A program made the translations under genes and the position numbers. A stretch of 64,000 nt of DNA from Macrostomum lignano (Eukaryota), in the NCBI GenBank assembly GCA_002269645.1, contig NIVC01001649.1, forward strand, positions 1 to 64,000, given 5' to 3'. Shown piece after piece: positions 24,881 through 36,084 of this stretch (its first letter is position 1; each line of letters begins with the position of its first letter). The notes under the pieces are model-generated. The model worked only from the letters and a program-made list of their open reading frames with translations. It had not been told where the DNA came from and ran no database searches.

Positions 24881-26627
24881 CTCCTTCGCTCACTGTCTAC
24901 CGGCTCCATCTAGTTACCAGTTGTTATTTTCTTTCCAGAATTACTTCACATATATTTTCAGTTTAAATTCGGCATCCAATGGTTAGCAAGCTGCAGGGAA
25001 TTTTACTACCCAAGCTCGCAAAGCAGAAACATTATCTTCCTTTGCAAGTCGCGGCAACTGCACCCCCTCCCCTTGACAGGCGCGGCCCACCCGCTGTGCA
25101 ATTCGACTATTGCATTTCAGCGCACATAGAGATGAGGGAGCTGGGGATGGATGGGGTGCAGGTAGGGGCGAGCAGAGGCCCGAATTCAAGGAGGGGGGGG
25201 CTGGGATTCCGGCGTGAGGGACACCCACTGCGGCTCAGTCTGCATCTCGCCCATGCATGCTTGCACAGCAGCAGCAGCGCCAGTCTAAAAGCAACGCAGC
25301 TGCGGAGTGGTGGTGGGGCCGGCCTATCCTTCCCTCTCTATAAAGCACTAATGCACTGCGATTCCAAGTCTATATACAGTTAGTCTGTCTGTCTGTGTAA
25401 AATAGCATTCTTCCCATCATCTGGCAGCAGCTAACTTCTACTATAAGCCTCTCTGTCCCCCCCCCCACACCCATTTTGCCGTCCTGCCCCTTCTGTAACT
25501 GCGGTGCGCCTCTCAGATAGGCAGAAATAAGGGCGGATTCGGGATGTAATGTGGCCAGTGTGTAAGAATTGATGGCGACAAGAGGGAAGCTGCAAGATGA
25601 AGGGTGGAGTCGGACGGGAGTTAACCAAACCATAAATTTTGAGCACAGTTCCCTGCACTGGGCCGTGTTTATACGGCCAGCACCCGCCACCCCACACTGC
25701 GTGGCAGAGTGTATTATGTTTTACTAATTTTGCAAGTCCGCCGAGGCAGCTGGGCGAAGGGGAGAACGGGTTTATTGTAGCTGGGGGGGGGGGGGGCTGC
25801 GGGGGTGTTCGGGACTGGCCTATTTGGCAGACAGCCAAGTCTCAGCCTGGCACTCTGTGTGTACACTCGGGACGGGCGCACACGCAGACTAACAGCCACT
25901 ACAGCCTTGTGCCTGTCTGTCCTACTCTCCTGTCAACTTGGCGAGTTGATGAGGATCAGGGAGGCGGGCTGGCAAAGTCTGCCAACGCCGCTAGAGTACA
26001 ATGTAATAAAGTTAGTTAAACAAGCGAGCGCTTCATTATTCACCTGGCTGCAAAAACAGTCTCTCTCTCTTTCTCTCAGGGCAATAAAACGGCCTATTTT
26101 GTGACAGTGTTAATCACAATCCAATCAGCCCTCAGGTTTGTTCAAACAAACTCTGCTCTCTCGGAGGCATCAACTCCAACTGCACCCGCTGTGGAGTGGA
26201 GCACCGGTGAGGCTGCTGCTGGACTCAGATAGGCTTGGCCCAGACCTCTCCAACAAATCAATCAATTCGCAATCGGCTGCAGTTATGCCAGCCCAGCCCC
26301 CTCCAGTGCTTAGTTCAATTGAAATATACTGCTAAAAACTGAAAGATTCTCTCTAATTAAGCTATTAACAGCAGGCAAGCTTCTTGATTGATTGGCCATA
26401 AATCCATCATTTTTACTGGGACTATGCCTCTAAAACGGAAAAGCAAACTCTGTGATTAGTTCAATCGGTCTGTGTGCAGTGAGTATTCGTAGTTTTGACT
26501 GATATTCATAATTAATAAAACATTTTCAAATATATTCTTAATCAATAGATGAATTTTATAGAATTAATAAAATCAGTCTCAATTAAATTTGGGCAGGCAA
26601 AACTTTACATTTTCAGGTGTCGTGGGG

Positions 26628-27400
26628 AAAGCAGCTCGCTGAGGGGAATGCAGCTCGCTGAGGGGAAAGCAGCTCGCTGAGGGGAAAGCAGCTCGCTGAG
26701 GGGAATGCAGCTCGCTGAGGGGAAAGCAGCTCGCTGAGGGGAATGCAGCCCGCTGAGGGGAATGCAGCTCGCTGAGGGGAAAGCAGCTCGCTGAGGGGAA
26801 AGCAGCTCGCTGAGGGGAAAGCAGCTCGCTGAGGGGAATGCAGCTCGCTGAGGGGAAAGCAGCTCGCTGAGGGGAAAGCAGCTCGCTGAGGGGAAAGCAG
26901 CTCGCTGAGGGGAATGCAGCTCGCTGTGGGGAATGCAGCTCGCTGAGGGGAATGCAGCTCGCTGAGGGGAAAGCAGCTCGCTGAGGGGAAAGCAGCTCGC
27001 TGAGGGGAATGCAGCTCGCTGTGGGGAATGCAGCTCGCTGAGGGGAAAGCAGCTCGCTGAGGGGAAAGCAGCTCGCTGAGGGGAATGCAGCTCGCTGTGG
27101 GGAATGCAGCTCGCTGAGGGGAAAGCAGCTCGCTGAGGGGAAAGCAGCTCGCTGAGGGGAATGCAGCTCGCTGAGGGGAAAGCAGCTCGCTGTGGGGAAT
27201 GCAACTCGCTGAGGGGAAAGCAGCTCGCTGTGGGGAATGCAGCTCGCTGAGGGGAAAGCAGCTCGCTGAGGGGAAAGCAGCTCGCTGAGGGGAATGCAGC
27301 TCGCTGAGGGGAAAGCAGCTCGCTGAGGGGAAAGCAGCTCGCTGAGGGGAATGCAGCTCGCTGAGGGGAATGCAGCTCGCTGAGGGAAAAGCAGCTCTCT
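26628..27400. repeat. 19-bp minisatellite GCAGCTCGCTGAGGGGAA(A/T)
   Basis: About 40 copies starting about 60 nt from the Src exon 1 donor. Confidence 0.97.
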
Positions 27401-27461
27401 GAGGCAAAGCTTGATGAAGGAAACTCCAAGCTAAAGATAATGCATAATCTGAGGCACTCAC

Positions 27462-28009
27462 ACAGCTTCAACCAGGGTCAGGTAGTCGCCAGTCTCGAAG
27501 GACAGTTCACCCTCAGTGCGGGCAACATAGTTAAACGTTGCTACTAGAAGCGTCACAGGCTGCTGGCCAAGGTTACCGCCACCAGTGTCGCCGCCGCAGT
27601 ATTGAGGCTGCGGAGACGGCTGCTGCGGCTGCTTAAGTGAGGAGGTCCGACTGGAGTTCACAATCAGAGGCACTGGAGTGCTGTTGTTGCACGACCGTCG
27701 GCAGGGACTTTCCGACTGTTGTTGTTGCTGCTGCTGCTGCTGCTGTTGTTGCAGCGGCTGCTGACCCGCCGAAGCGCGTCTAACCTTTGGAGACTGGAGC
27801 GCGTGTTGTGGACTGTTGTTGAGACTGCAACCTTTCACCAGCTGGTGCTGTCGGGATGGAGTTCCGTGAAGCGGCTGCTGCTGCTGCAGCGACTCTTCCT
27901 TCGACGGCGTCGCCAAGTTGGCCTGCTTTGCCGACCTTGGCTTGGACATCGGCGACGAGCTGGAGGCCGGGTCGTGCAGCTCCTTCTGGCGTGTAGCGCA
28001 GCCGCCCAT
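27462..28009 (-). CDS. Src42A: Src-family kinase (Src42A/FRK-like) exon 1: N-myristoylation motif, Gln/Ser/Pro-rich unique region, first half of SH3
   Basis: ATG at 28009 gives MGGCATRQK (Gly2/Cys4, similar to Src42A-type MGxC starts). ORF ends ATFNYVARTEGELSFETGDYLTLVEAV (SH3 N-half). Donor GT|GTGAGT at 27461, phase 2. Confidence 0.9.
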
Positions 28010-28864
28010 CCTGTCGCCGAGTTTGAGAAGCTGCTCAGCTCAGACGGGGAAGCCGATTGCCTTTACACTAGGGTGCAGGGGAGTCGAAGAGCCAGTCTGC
28101 TTTGGGAATCGCACTGTAGGGGAGGAGGGGCCACCGTCCCCTTGCCTGGACTTGTCTGGGGGTCGCAATCTGCCTTTGGGTCTTCTGGGGGGGGGCTTGG
28201 CCTGCTCTTCCCGCTGCCAGTCGGAGCTGCGTGCTATATGCGTGCCGGGCGCGATCAATATAATGTGAATGGGCGGCCGGGGTGTTGAAAAGTGAGGGGG
28301 TTGGGCCGGGCGCGCAATGGGCCGCGTGTGAGGACACGCCGGGAGTGCAGCGTAGCCAAAATTCAAAGGGAAGGCGGGCAAGGGTTTTTGGTGGGCGGGG
28401 GCCCGGAATTCTGCCAGCCAATAGGAGGCCTGCGAGCCTCCGCCCCCGAAGCTAAAAATAGATTCGGGGAACCAAAATGCTGCCAAGTGCCAACACTTCA
28501 AGTTAGCGTCGTACAGTTGCAACTTTCAAGTGGTGGTGTCGTTTGCGCTAATTTCTACTTGTTAGTAGAGAGAGAGGAATTTCGGCTCCAAAAGAAGTTA
28601 TTCACGAGCGCGTATTGACATTGTTTTAGTGTTATTCATGTCTACTAGTTGGTTTAAAAGGTTTTATTGATGGCCATTAGTTGGTCTAAGATTTCATTTA
28701 TTGAGTTTTATTGATGGCTAGCTCGTATTAGTTCGTCTAGTATATTTTTATTAGTGGCGTTCTCCTCTTTGTTAACTTTACGTCCGAGCTCGGGTGCTTT
28801 ATATAAAATCAGATCTACCTGTGTTGCGACTTTCTTCTCATTTCTTCAGTTCATCTGCTCTCGT

Positions 28865-29030
28865 CTCTGTTTTCTCTCCCTCTCTGTCTAGTTCAGTCAT
28901 CTCTCTCCCCTCGCGGCTTTCTGATTGGCTCTTCAGTCTGACCTCTTTCCACTCTTTTCTCTCCCTCTCTGGCTAGTTCAGTCATCTCTCCCCTCGCGGC
29001 TTTCTGATTGGCTCTTCAATCTGATCTCTT
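28865..29030 (-). promoter_or_regulatory. Duplicated module of about 83 bp, each copy with a CCAATCAG box (minus strand)
   Basis: CTGATTGG on + with ATTGG at 28924 and 29007; about 0.9 kb upstream of the Src ATG. Function is inferred only. Confidence 0.4.
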
Positions 29031-29198
29031 TCCTCATTCGCGAACTCCACCCATCATTTCTTATCAGCACAAAACTCACCCTTCAATCTGATGTCTTATA
29101 AATGCAAGTTTACAGTCAACGAGGCTGTCGTATTTTGACTGCATATTAACAGCTAGGAATACCAAGCTATATTTTTCCGCCCGTCGAACTACCAAGTT

Positions 29199-30737
29199 TC
29201 ATCTGGTGTCATCTGCTGAAGGTGCTGACGGCGTCGGGGTGATGACAGAATGCTTGAGAGACCAGCTGAGGATGTCAAGCAGTTGAGGTTTGCCCTCTGT
29301 TGAGGCTTGATCAGCGAACCTAGAGAAATTTGCAACAGGGTGTCCATCGTCGCTGAATGCACTAGCGCTTATGGGAAAAATCCGACCTTCTGGCAGAATC
29401 TTTTTGAATATCTAATTGTAGGGCTGGCGACTTGATTCTTCTTTGAGAAGGTGCGCAACAAAGTCAGCACGTGATATCGTGAATTTCGTGTACCTGGGTT
29501 GCTTCGATTCAGCGCAACAAAAAAATTGTCAAGGGGAATTTCTCACCTTTTCTTTTTAGAAAAAATGTTAAAACAATATATTTTTATAGCTATAAAAGCG
29601 AAAAGGAAATCTATATATTTTCAATTTAAGTTTTGCGTAATACGAGCGTTTAAATAGAAAGCAAAATAAGAAATTGTGCAAAAGGCACGCGAAAAAAGTT
29701 ATCATATAAATGTCAGTCGAAAAATAAAGAAAATATAAAAGGCACATAAATTTTTCGCAATATTACAAAAAACTCGCGACTAAAATAACATACAATAAAG
29801 TTATTTAGGGGTAGAAATGAAAGGCAATAAAACTCGCTGGGGTAGAAATGAAAGGCAATAAAACTCGCGCGGGGTAGAAATGAAAGGCAATAAAACTCGC
29901 TGGGGGTAGAAATGAAAGGCAATAAAATTCGCTGGGGTAGAAATGAAAGGCAATAAAACTCGCAGGGGTAGAAATGAAAGGCAATAAAACTCGCTGGGGG
30001 TAGAAATGAAAGGCAATAAAACTCGCAGGGGTAGAAATGAAAGGCAATAAAACTCGCGCGGGGTAGAAATGAAAGGCAATAAAACTCGCTGGGGGTAGAA
30101 ATGAAAGGCAATAAAACTCGCAGGGGTAGAAATGAAAGGCAATAAAACTCGCTGGGGGTAGAAATGAAAGGCAATAAAACTCGCTGGGGGTAGAAATGAA
30201 AGGCAATAAAACTCGCAGGGGTAGAAATGAAAGGCAATAAAACTCGCAGGGGTAGAAATGAAAGGCAATAAAACTCGCAGGGGTAGAAATGAAAGGCAAT
30301 AAAATTCGTTGGGTATACAGCCGCCCTATGTTCAGGAGTCGTCGCTGCGCGTCGTGCCGATTGACTGGCAACGCGCAGTCATGGACGTTGGCGGCGATCC
30401 CCTGTGCGGTCAGCAGGGGAAGCAGCTCCAGTGTCTTGAGTTGCATAACTTGATCTGCGGGTCCCTGCACAACGGGCATTTGTCTATGTAGCCCGTGTCG
30501 TAACAGTTAACTTATTCACAATTCTTCCGCATCAAATTTACTTGGAATCGACATTCTCGGTGGACGACGAAGTGACCAGAACCTTGTTGGGATGACGTTT
30601 TTGGAGCAGCCGGAGTCGTCAGACAGTTTCTTTGCGCCGCCGGCTGCGAGCCCCCCATTTGGGAATCCGCATGCATTAGATAATAAAATAAGATCAGTTG
30701 GAATTTGAGTACGCATACGCACTTCATCGTCAGACAT
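29199..30737 (-). CDS. Putative small 4-exon gene (about 113 aa, unknown function, possible SAP/HeH-like helix pair); exons 30723-30737, 30542-30582, 30319-30483, 29199-29319
   Basis: All three junctions are GT-AG with matching phases (0, 2, 2), giving MSDDEVLVTSSSTENVDSKQMPVVQGPADQVMQLKTLELLPLLTAQGIAANVHDCALPVNRHDAQRRLLNIGRLFADQASTEGKPQLLDILSWSLKHSVITPTPSAPSADDTR*. Clustered AATAAA on the minus strand at 28663-28753. No homology recognised. Confidence 0.45.
29815..30305. repeat. 31-33-bp minisatellite GGGTAGAAATGAAAGGCAATAAAACTCGC(T/A)G (about 15 copies)
   Basis: Tandem copies in intron 3 of the putative small gene. Confidence 0.97.
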
Positions 30738-30787
30738 GTACACTCTCTGCGCCTTTGGTGGCTGGTTGCTCCCTCCCATAGACAGTA

Positions 30788-31660
30788 ATTGCACAGGCCC
30801 CAAACTAATTGCACAGGCCCCAAACTAATTGCACAGGCCCCAAACTAATGACACAAGCCCCAAAACTAATTGCACACAGGCCGCAAAACTAATTGCACAC
30901 AGGCCCTAAACTAATTGCACACAGGCCCTAAACTAATTGCACACAGGCCCCAAACTAATTGCACAGGCCCCAAACTAATTGCACACAGGTCCCAAACTAA
31001 TTGCACAGGCCCCAAACTAATTGCACACAGGCCCCAAACTAATTGCACAGGCCCTAAACTAATTGCACACAGGCCCCAAACTAATTGCACAGGCCCCAAA
31101 CTAATTGCACACAGGTCCCAAACTAATTGCACAGGCCCCAAACTAATTGCACAGGCCCCAAACTAATTGCACACAGGTCCCAAACTAATTGCACAGGCCC
31201 CAAACTAATTGCACACAGGCTCCAAACTAATTACACAGGCCCTAAACTAATTGCACAGGCCCCAAACTAATTGCACACAGGCCCCAAACTAATGACACAA
31301 GCCCCAAAACTAATTGCACACAGGCCCCAAAACTAATTGCACACAGGCCCTAAACTAATTGCACACAGGCCCCAAACTAATGACACAAGCCCCAAAACTA
31401 ATTGCACACAGGCCCCAAACTAATTGCACACAGGCCCTAAACTAATTGCACACAGGCCCTAAACTAATTGCACACAGGCCCCAAACTAATTGCACACAGG
31501 CCCCAAACTAATTGCACACAGGTCCCAAACTAATTGCACAGGCCCCAAACTAATTGCACACAGGCCCCAAACTAATTGCACAGGCCCCAAACTAATTGCA
31601 CACAGGCCCTAAACTAATTGCACACAGGCCCCAAACTAATTACACAGGCCTCAGACTAAT
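30788..31660. repeat. 20/22-bp minisatellite GGCCCCAAACTAATTGCAC(AC)A
   Basis: About 40 tandem copies. Confidence 0.97.
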
Positions 31661-32869
31661 TGTACACAGGCCGTACATGTAATTGGTTCAACCATAATGT
31701 ACATTGGCCACTGAAATGTACAAGGCAGATTTAGGCTGGAACAACCGATGAAGGTAAGAAAATTTGGGTCAGGGGTAGAGGTTTCGTGTGGAGTTTGATT
31801 GTTTAGCTTGGGGGGGGGGTTTAAGAGCCAATAAATGAGCCTTGTCTGTAAAAATACGTTAAAATGCTTCAGTTTAACTTACTACTGAACTGAAAGTAGC
31901 TTGCACGCAAACGTGCTGAGTGGCCCATCCAGTTATTCTACGAGTATTATCTGTGGCTATATTCGTATTAGGATTGATTCAACTAATAAATAAGCGAAAA
32001 ATAAAGCAAATTTTACTGCGAATAAACAAATAGGAAAGTGATATATTAAATGAACAGCTCGCACAAGACACTAGCATTAGCAGTTAGCAGCGCACCGAAC
32101 TCAGTTAAGCAAAGAAATTACCTTAAAGATTAAATATATAGAACACAGTATAGACAAATAAATGCAGCAAAAAGGAATAGAATGAAATGGAAAACGCCCT
32201 ATGCGCAACAATACATGCACATAAAAGACAGACGGATTACATTACATGCATTGCTAAAATCCTGGCCTTCATCATCTGCCAACCTGAACTCCCCTGAGCA
32301 GCGATAAAAACCTCATTAAAATCAATCTACAGAATCGAGCGCACGTCAAATACCATGGACTATATTTAGAAGTCTAACAATACAACATAGAAATATCCAG
32401 AAACTATCATGATGAATAGATTGCAATTAGATAGATAGTTCACAATTCACAAGCAGATATTAAAATATTGAATGTAGAATTTTTATAAATAGTACACAGA
32501 TCGATAGACTGGTGTGAAATTTCTAAAACTCCTGTGTCAAGATCCCTATAAAACGAATTATCATTTATCATATAAAATAAAATTCCTTTAAAACTGCTTA
32601 CGGGAACGAACTAGATTCCAGCTGAATACAAAGATACTAGAATAGCTAGGTTTGCGGCCCACTCGCAAAAATGCCTCTTCATCCCGTTTTACCACCTCCA
32701 GACTGCCTCAAACTCTAAATTATTTGATAAGAAATCAATTTAGGTCGGAAGACTGCAGTAAAACTTGAAAAACTCAAAAACTAGTGCGTTTGCATAGCGA
32801 GCAAGTGAGAAAAGGGTTGGCGCCCCAAGCCCCCAGCTAGGACGATAAACAGTTAGACTTATAGTTAGC

Positions 32870-33110
32870 CTTACTCCTTACTGCTCTCTCATTGGCTGAG
32901 CTAGATTGGCCTTCCCCACCCCAGGCTGAGTTTCGTTTGTCTGACTTTGTCCTCTCTCCTTACTGTTCTCTCATTGGCTGAGCCAGATTGGGCCTGCCCC
33001 ACACCCAGACTGAGTTTCATCTGTCTGACTTTGCCCTCTCTCCTTACTGATCTCTCATTGGCTGAGCTAGATTATGCCAGCCCCACCCCACTAGGTTGAG
33101 TTTCGTCTAT
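32870..33110 (-). promoter_or_regulatory. Triplicated 82-84-bp module carrying five CCAAT (ATTGG on +) boxes
   Basis: ATTGG at 32891, 32905, 32973, 32987 and 33057 within three recognisable tandem copies. Function is inferred only. Confidence 0.4.
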
Positions 33111-33332
33111 CTTGCGTTCATTTGTGTATGCTTCTGAGGCCACAAACCCCGAGAAAGGAAAGAAGATATTAGATGCGCATATAAAAAATTTAAGTAACAC
33201 TGCGCAGAGAAACTACTGAGTTGACGCTCTGCTTTTTCAGTAGTGGCATATCTAGTTATTCTAGAAACTGTGCCTGATACTAAACAGTAGTATATAGAGC
33301 AATCTTTCAGCTGCTAAAGCAGACAACCCTTG

Positions 33333-33932
33333 TCAATGCGATCCATCGAATTGCAATAGAAAAGTGCGAAAGAAGAAGCCGCCCAATGGCAGCGGCTCGT
33401 TCAGGTCCACCACTGGCCGGGTCAGCCGCAGCCCCGTGAGGGTCGCCTCGGCTGCTCGGCTGGGCCGACGAGGGCCCGCCTCGCCCGGACCAGCGGTAAA
33501 CAGGTCGGCCAGACAGAAGCCCACTTTGGCTTTGCACGGTTGCTGCTGCTGCTGCTGCTCACCATTGCCGGTTTTGTGGCACACGCTTGGCTGATTGTGC
33601 AGCACCAGCAGGGCCTGGAACCGGTGCCCAGGCGGCAACAACCGGTAGGTGACAATCTCCAGTGAGCAGGGCAGACCGGCCGGCGGCAGCAGGGACAGCT
33701 GGACAACTGGGGATTTGTTGCCAGGCGAACGGGTTAGGAAGGCCAACGGTCGGTGGTTGAGCCGGCGAGACAGCGCCAGCTCGGCCGGGGTCAGGAAGTC
33801 GCCAACCAGACGCTCGTCGTTATTGTTAGCGTCGGTGGAATCGGCGGCCGACTGAGTCGACCAGTGCAGCAGGAAGTCGCTGCGGGCTGGGTAAACCCGC
33901 TCCATGGCCTGGCCCACGCCGCGACTGTCGTC
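33333..33932 (-). CDS. MAN2A: Golgi alpha-mannosidase II exon 5 (terminal); total protein 1149 aa
   Basis: Acceptor ttcccccgcag|DDSRGVGQ completes the conserved LxRRxxQDDxRGxGQ motif. Ends ..LPLGGFFFRTFLLQFDGSH* with TGA at 33333-33335. The five exons sum to 3450 nt. Confidence 0.9.
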   Translation of the reverse strand, partial: DDSRGVGQAMERVYPARSDFLLHWSTQSAADSTDANNNDERLVGDFLTPAELALSRRLNHRPLAFLTRSPGNKSPVVQLSLLPPAGLPCSLEIVTYRLLPPGHRFQALLVLHNQPSVCHKTGNGEQQQQQQPCKAKVGFCLADLFTAGPGEAGPRRPSRAAEATLTGLRLTRPVVDLNEPLPLGGFFFRTFLLQFDGSH

Positions 33933-33939
33933 CTGCGGG

Positions 33940-34400
33940 GGAATTCTGGATGGATTAGTGGGGAATTCTGGTTGGATTAGTGAGGAATTCTGGTTGGATT
34001 AGTGGGGAATTCTGGTTGGATTAGTGGGGAATTCTGGATGGATTAGTGGGGAATTCTGGTTGGATTAGTGAGGAATTCTGGTTGGATTAGTGGGGAATTC
34101 TGGTTGGATTAGTGAGGAATTCTGGTTGGATTAGTGAGGAATTCTGGTTGGATTAGTGAGGAATTCTGGTTGGATTAGTGAGGAATTCTGGATGGATTAG
34201 TGAGGAATTCTGGTTGGATTAGTGAGGAATTCTGGTTGGATTAGTGGGGAATTCTGGTTGGATTAATGGGGAATTCTGGTTGGATTAGTGGGGAATTCTG
34301 GTTGGATTAATGGGGAATTCTGGTTGGATTAGTGGGGAATTCTGGTTGGATTAGTGGGAATTCTGGTTGGATTAGTGGGGAATTCTGGTTTAATTTTTGG
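33940..34400. repeat. 22-bp minisatellite GGTTGGATTAGTG(G/A)GGAATTCT abutting the MAN2A exon 5 acceptor
   Basis: About 21 copies; the terminal unit merges into the 3' splice site. Confidence 0.97.
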
Positions 34401-34529
34401 GGAATTCTGGTTGCATTATTGGCGAGAGTACTGGTTGGTCGGTTGGATTACGAATTGTAGAAAATTCATAATCATACACGTTGTTGATAATTGAAAAAAT
34501 CTGGTTTTTTTGTCGGCAAAGATTGATGG

Positions 34530-35345
34530 ATTATCGATAGAATCGCAGTTGGGATTATCGATCGAATTGCGGTGGGATTAACGATAGAATCGCAGTTGGG
34601 ATTATCGATCGAATTGCGGTGGGATTAACGATAGAATCGCAGTTGGGATTATCGATCGAATTGCGGTGGGATTAACGATAGAATCGCAGTTGGGATTATC
34701 GATCGAATTGCGGTGGGATTAACGATAGAATCGCAGTTGGGATTATCGATCGAATTGCGGTGGGATTAACGATAGAATCGCAGTTGGGATTATCGATCGA
34801 ATTGCGGTGGGATTATCGATCGAATTGCGGTGGGATTATCGATCGAATTGCGGTGGGATTATCGATCGAATTGCGGTGGGATTATCGATAGAATCACGGT
34901 GGGATTACCGATAGAATCGCGGTGGGATTATCGATAGAATTGCGGTGGGATTATCGATAGAATCACGGTGGGATTACCGATAGAATCGCGGTGGGATTAT
35001 CGATAGAATTGCGGTGGGATTATCGATCGAATTGCGGTGGGATTATCGATCTAATTGCGGTGGGATTATCGATAGAATCACGGTGGGATTACCGATAGAA
35101 TCGCGGTGGGATTATCGATAGAATTGCGGTGGGATTATCGATCGAATTGCGGTGGGATTATCGATCGAATTGCGGTGGGATTATCGATCGAATTGCGGTG
35201 GGATTATCGATAGAATCACGGTGGGATTACCGATAGAATCGCGGTGGGATTATCGATCGAATTGCGGTGGGATTATCGATAGAATTGCGGTGGGATTATC
35301 GATCGAATTGCGGTGGGATTATCGATCGAATTGCGGTGGGATTAT
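34530..35345. repeat. 23-bp minisatellite ATTATCGAT(A/C)GAATTGCGGTGGG (about 35 copies; first part is a 46-bp dimer)
   Basis: Tandem copies in MAN2A intron 4. Confidence 0.97.
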
Positions 35346-35423
35346 CAATAAAATCAGAGGATTTAAATGGAAGGATTATCGGCAGGATTAGGGTTGGATT
35401 AGGCGATACCCACACGCGCACAC

Positions 35424-35921
35424 CTGAGAGGTCCGTCTGTGCAGCATAATGTCAAGCCGGCCGTCAGGCAGCAGGGCGGCACCGTGGCTCTGACCGGTCA
35501 GAACCGCCACCCGCCTCCGCCGGCCGCCGCGGCCAGCCGAGCCGCACAGCACTACGGCGCCGGTCACGGGGTACACGCCGGACTCGAACGGGGCCTTCAC
35601 CGGCCTGTGCCGCCTGACCAGCGCGGCGGAGTTCGCGTCAGTGTAGAAGTAGCGGCCATTCGCCAGGCTGAAGTTGGCCCGCATGACCAGCTCCAGGTCC
35701 AGCCGCTTGGTCATGTCCGAGGACTCCGAGCTGGGCAGGTTCGCGAGGTTGGTGACTCGCACAGCGGAGTCCACCGCTGCCAGGCCGGTGCTGTACAGGG
35801 CCACCCGGTTTCTGTAGTGGTTCTGTTGGCGCAGGATGGAGCTGCGAACCGGGCCTCGAACTGAATAAACCACCGGGTCGGGCTGCAGGCCCTCGCGGGA
35901 GAGCGGGGCGCCCGGCTCCAC
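35424..35921 (-). CDS. MAN2A: Golgi alpha-mannosidase II exon 4
   Basis: Acceptor gcgcaacag|, translation VEPGAP..VRGPVRS..YFYTDAN..VYPV..VAVLTGQSHGAALLPDGRLDIMLHRRTSQ, donor CAG|GTGTGC. 498 nt, phase 0-0. Confidence 0.92.
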
Positions 35922-36084
35922 CTGTTGCGCATGGGTTGTAGTGGAATTGTAGGGTACAAGTCAAATGGTTGACAGTCATTTGGTATCATTAAATTGCACT
36001 TTACAAATTAAATGATTATCACTAATCCCTCAGTGATTTCGAACGATAATCCCACTTTGATTACACTTATAATCCAGCTGAAAT

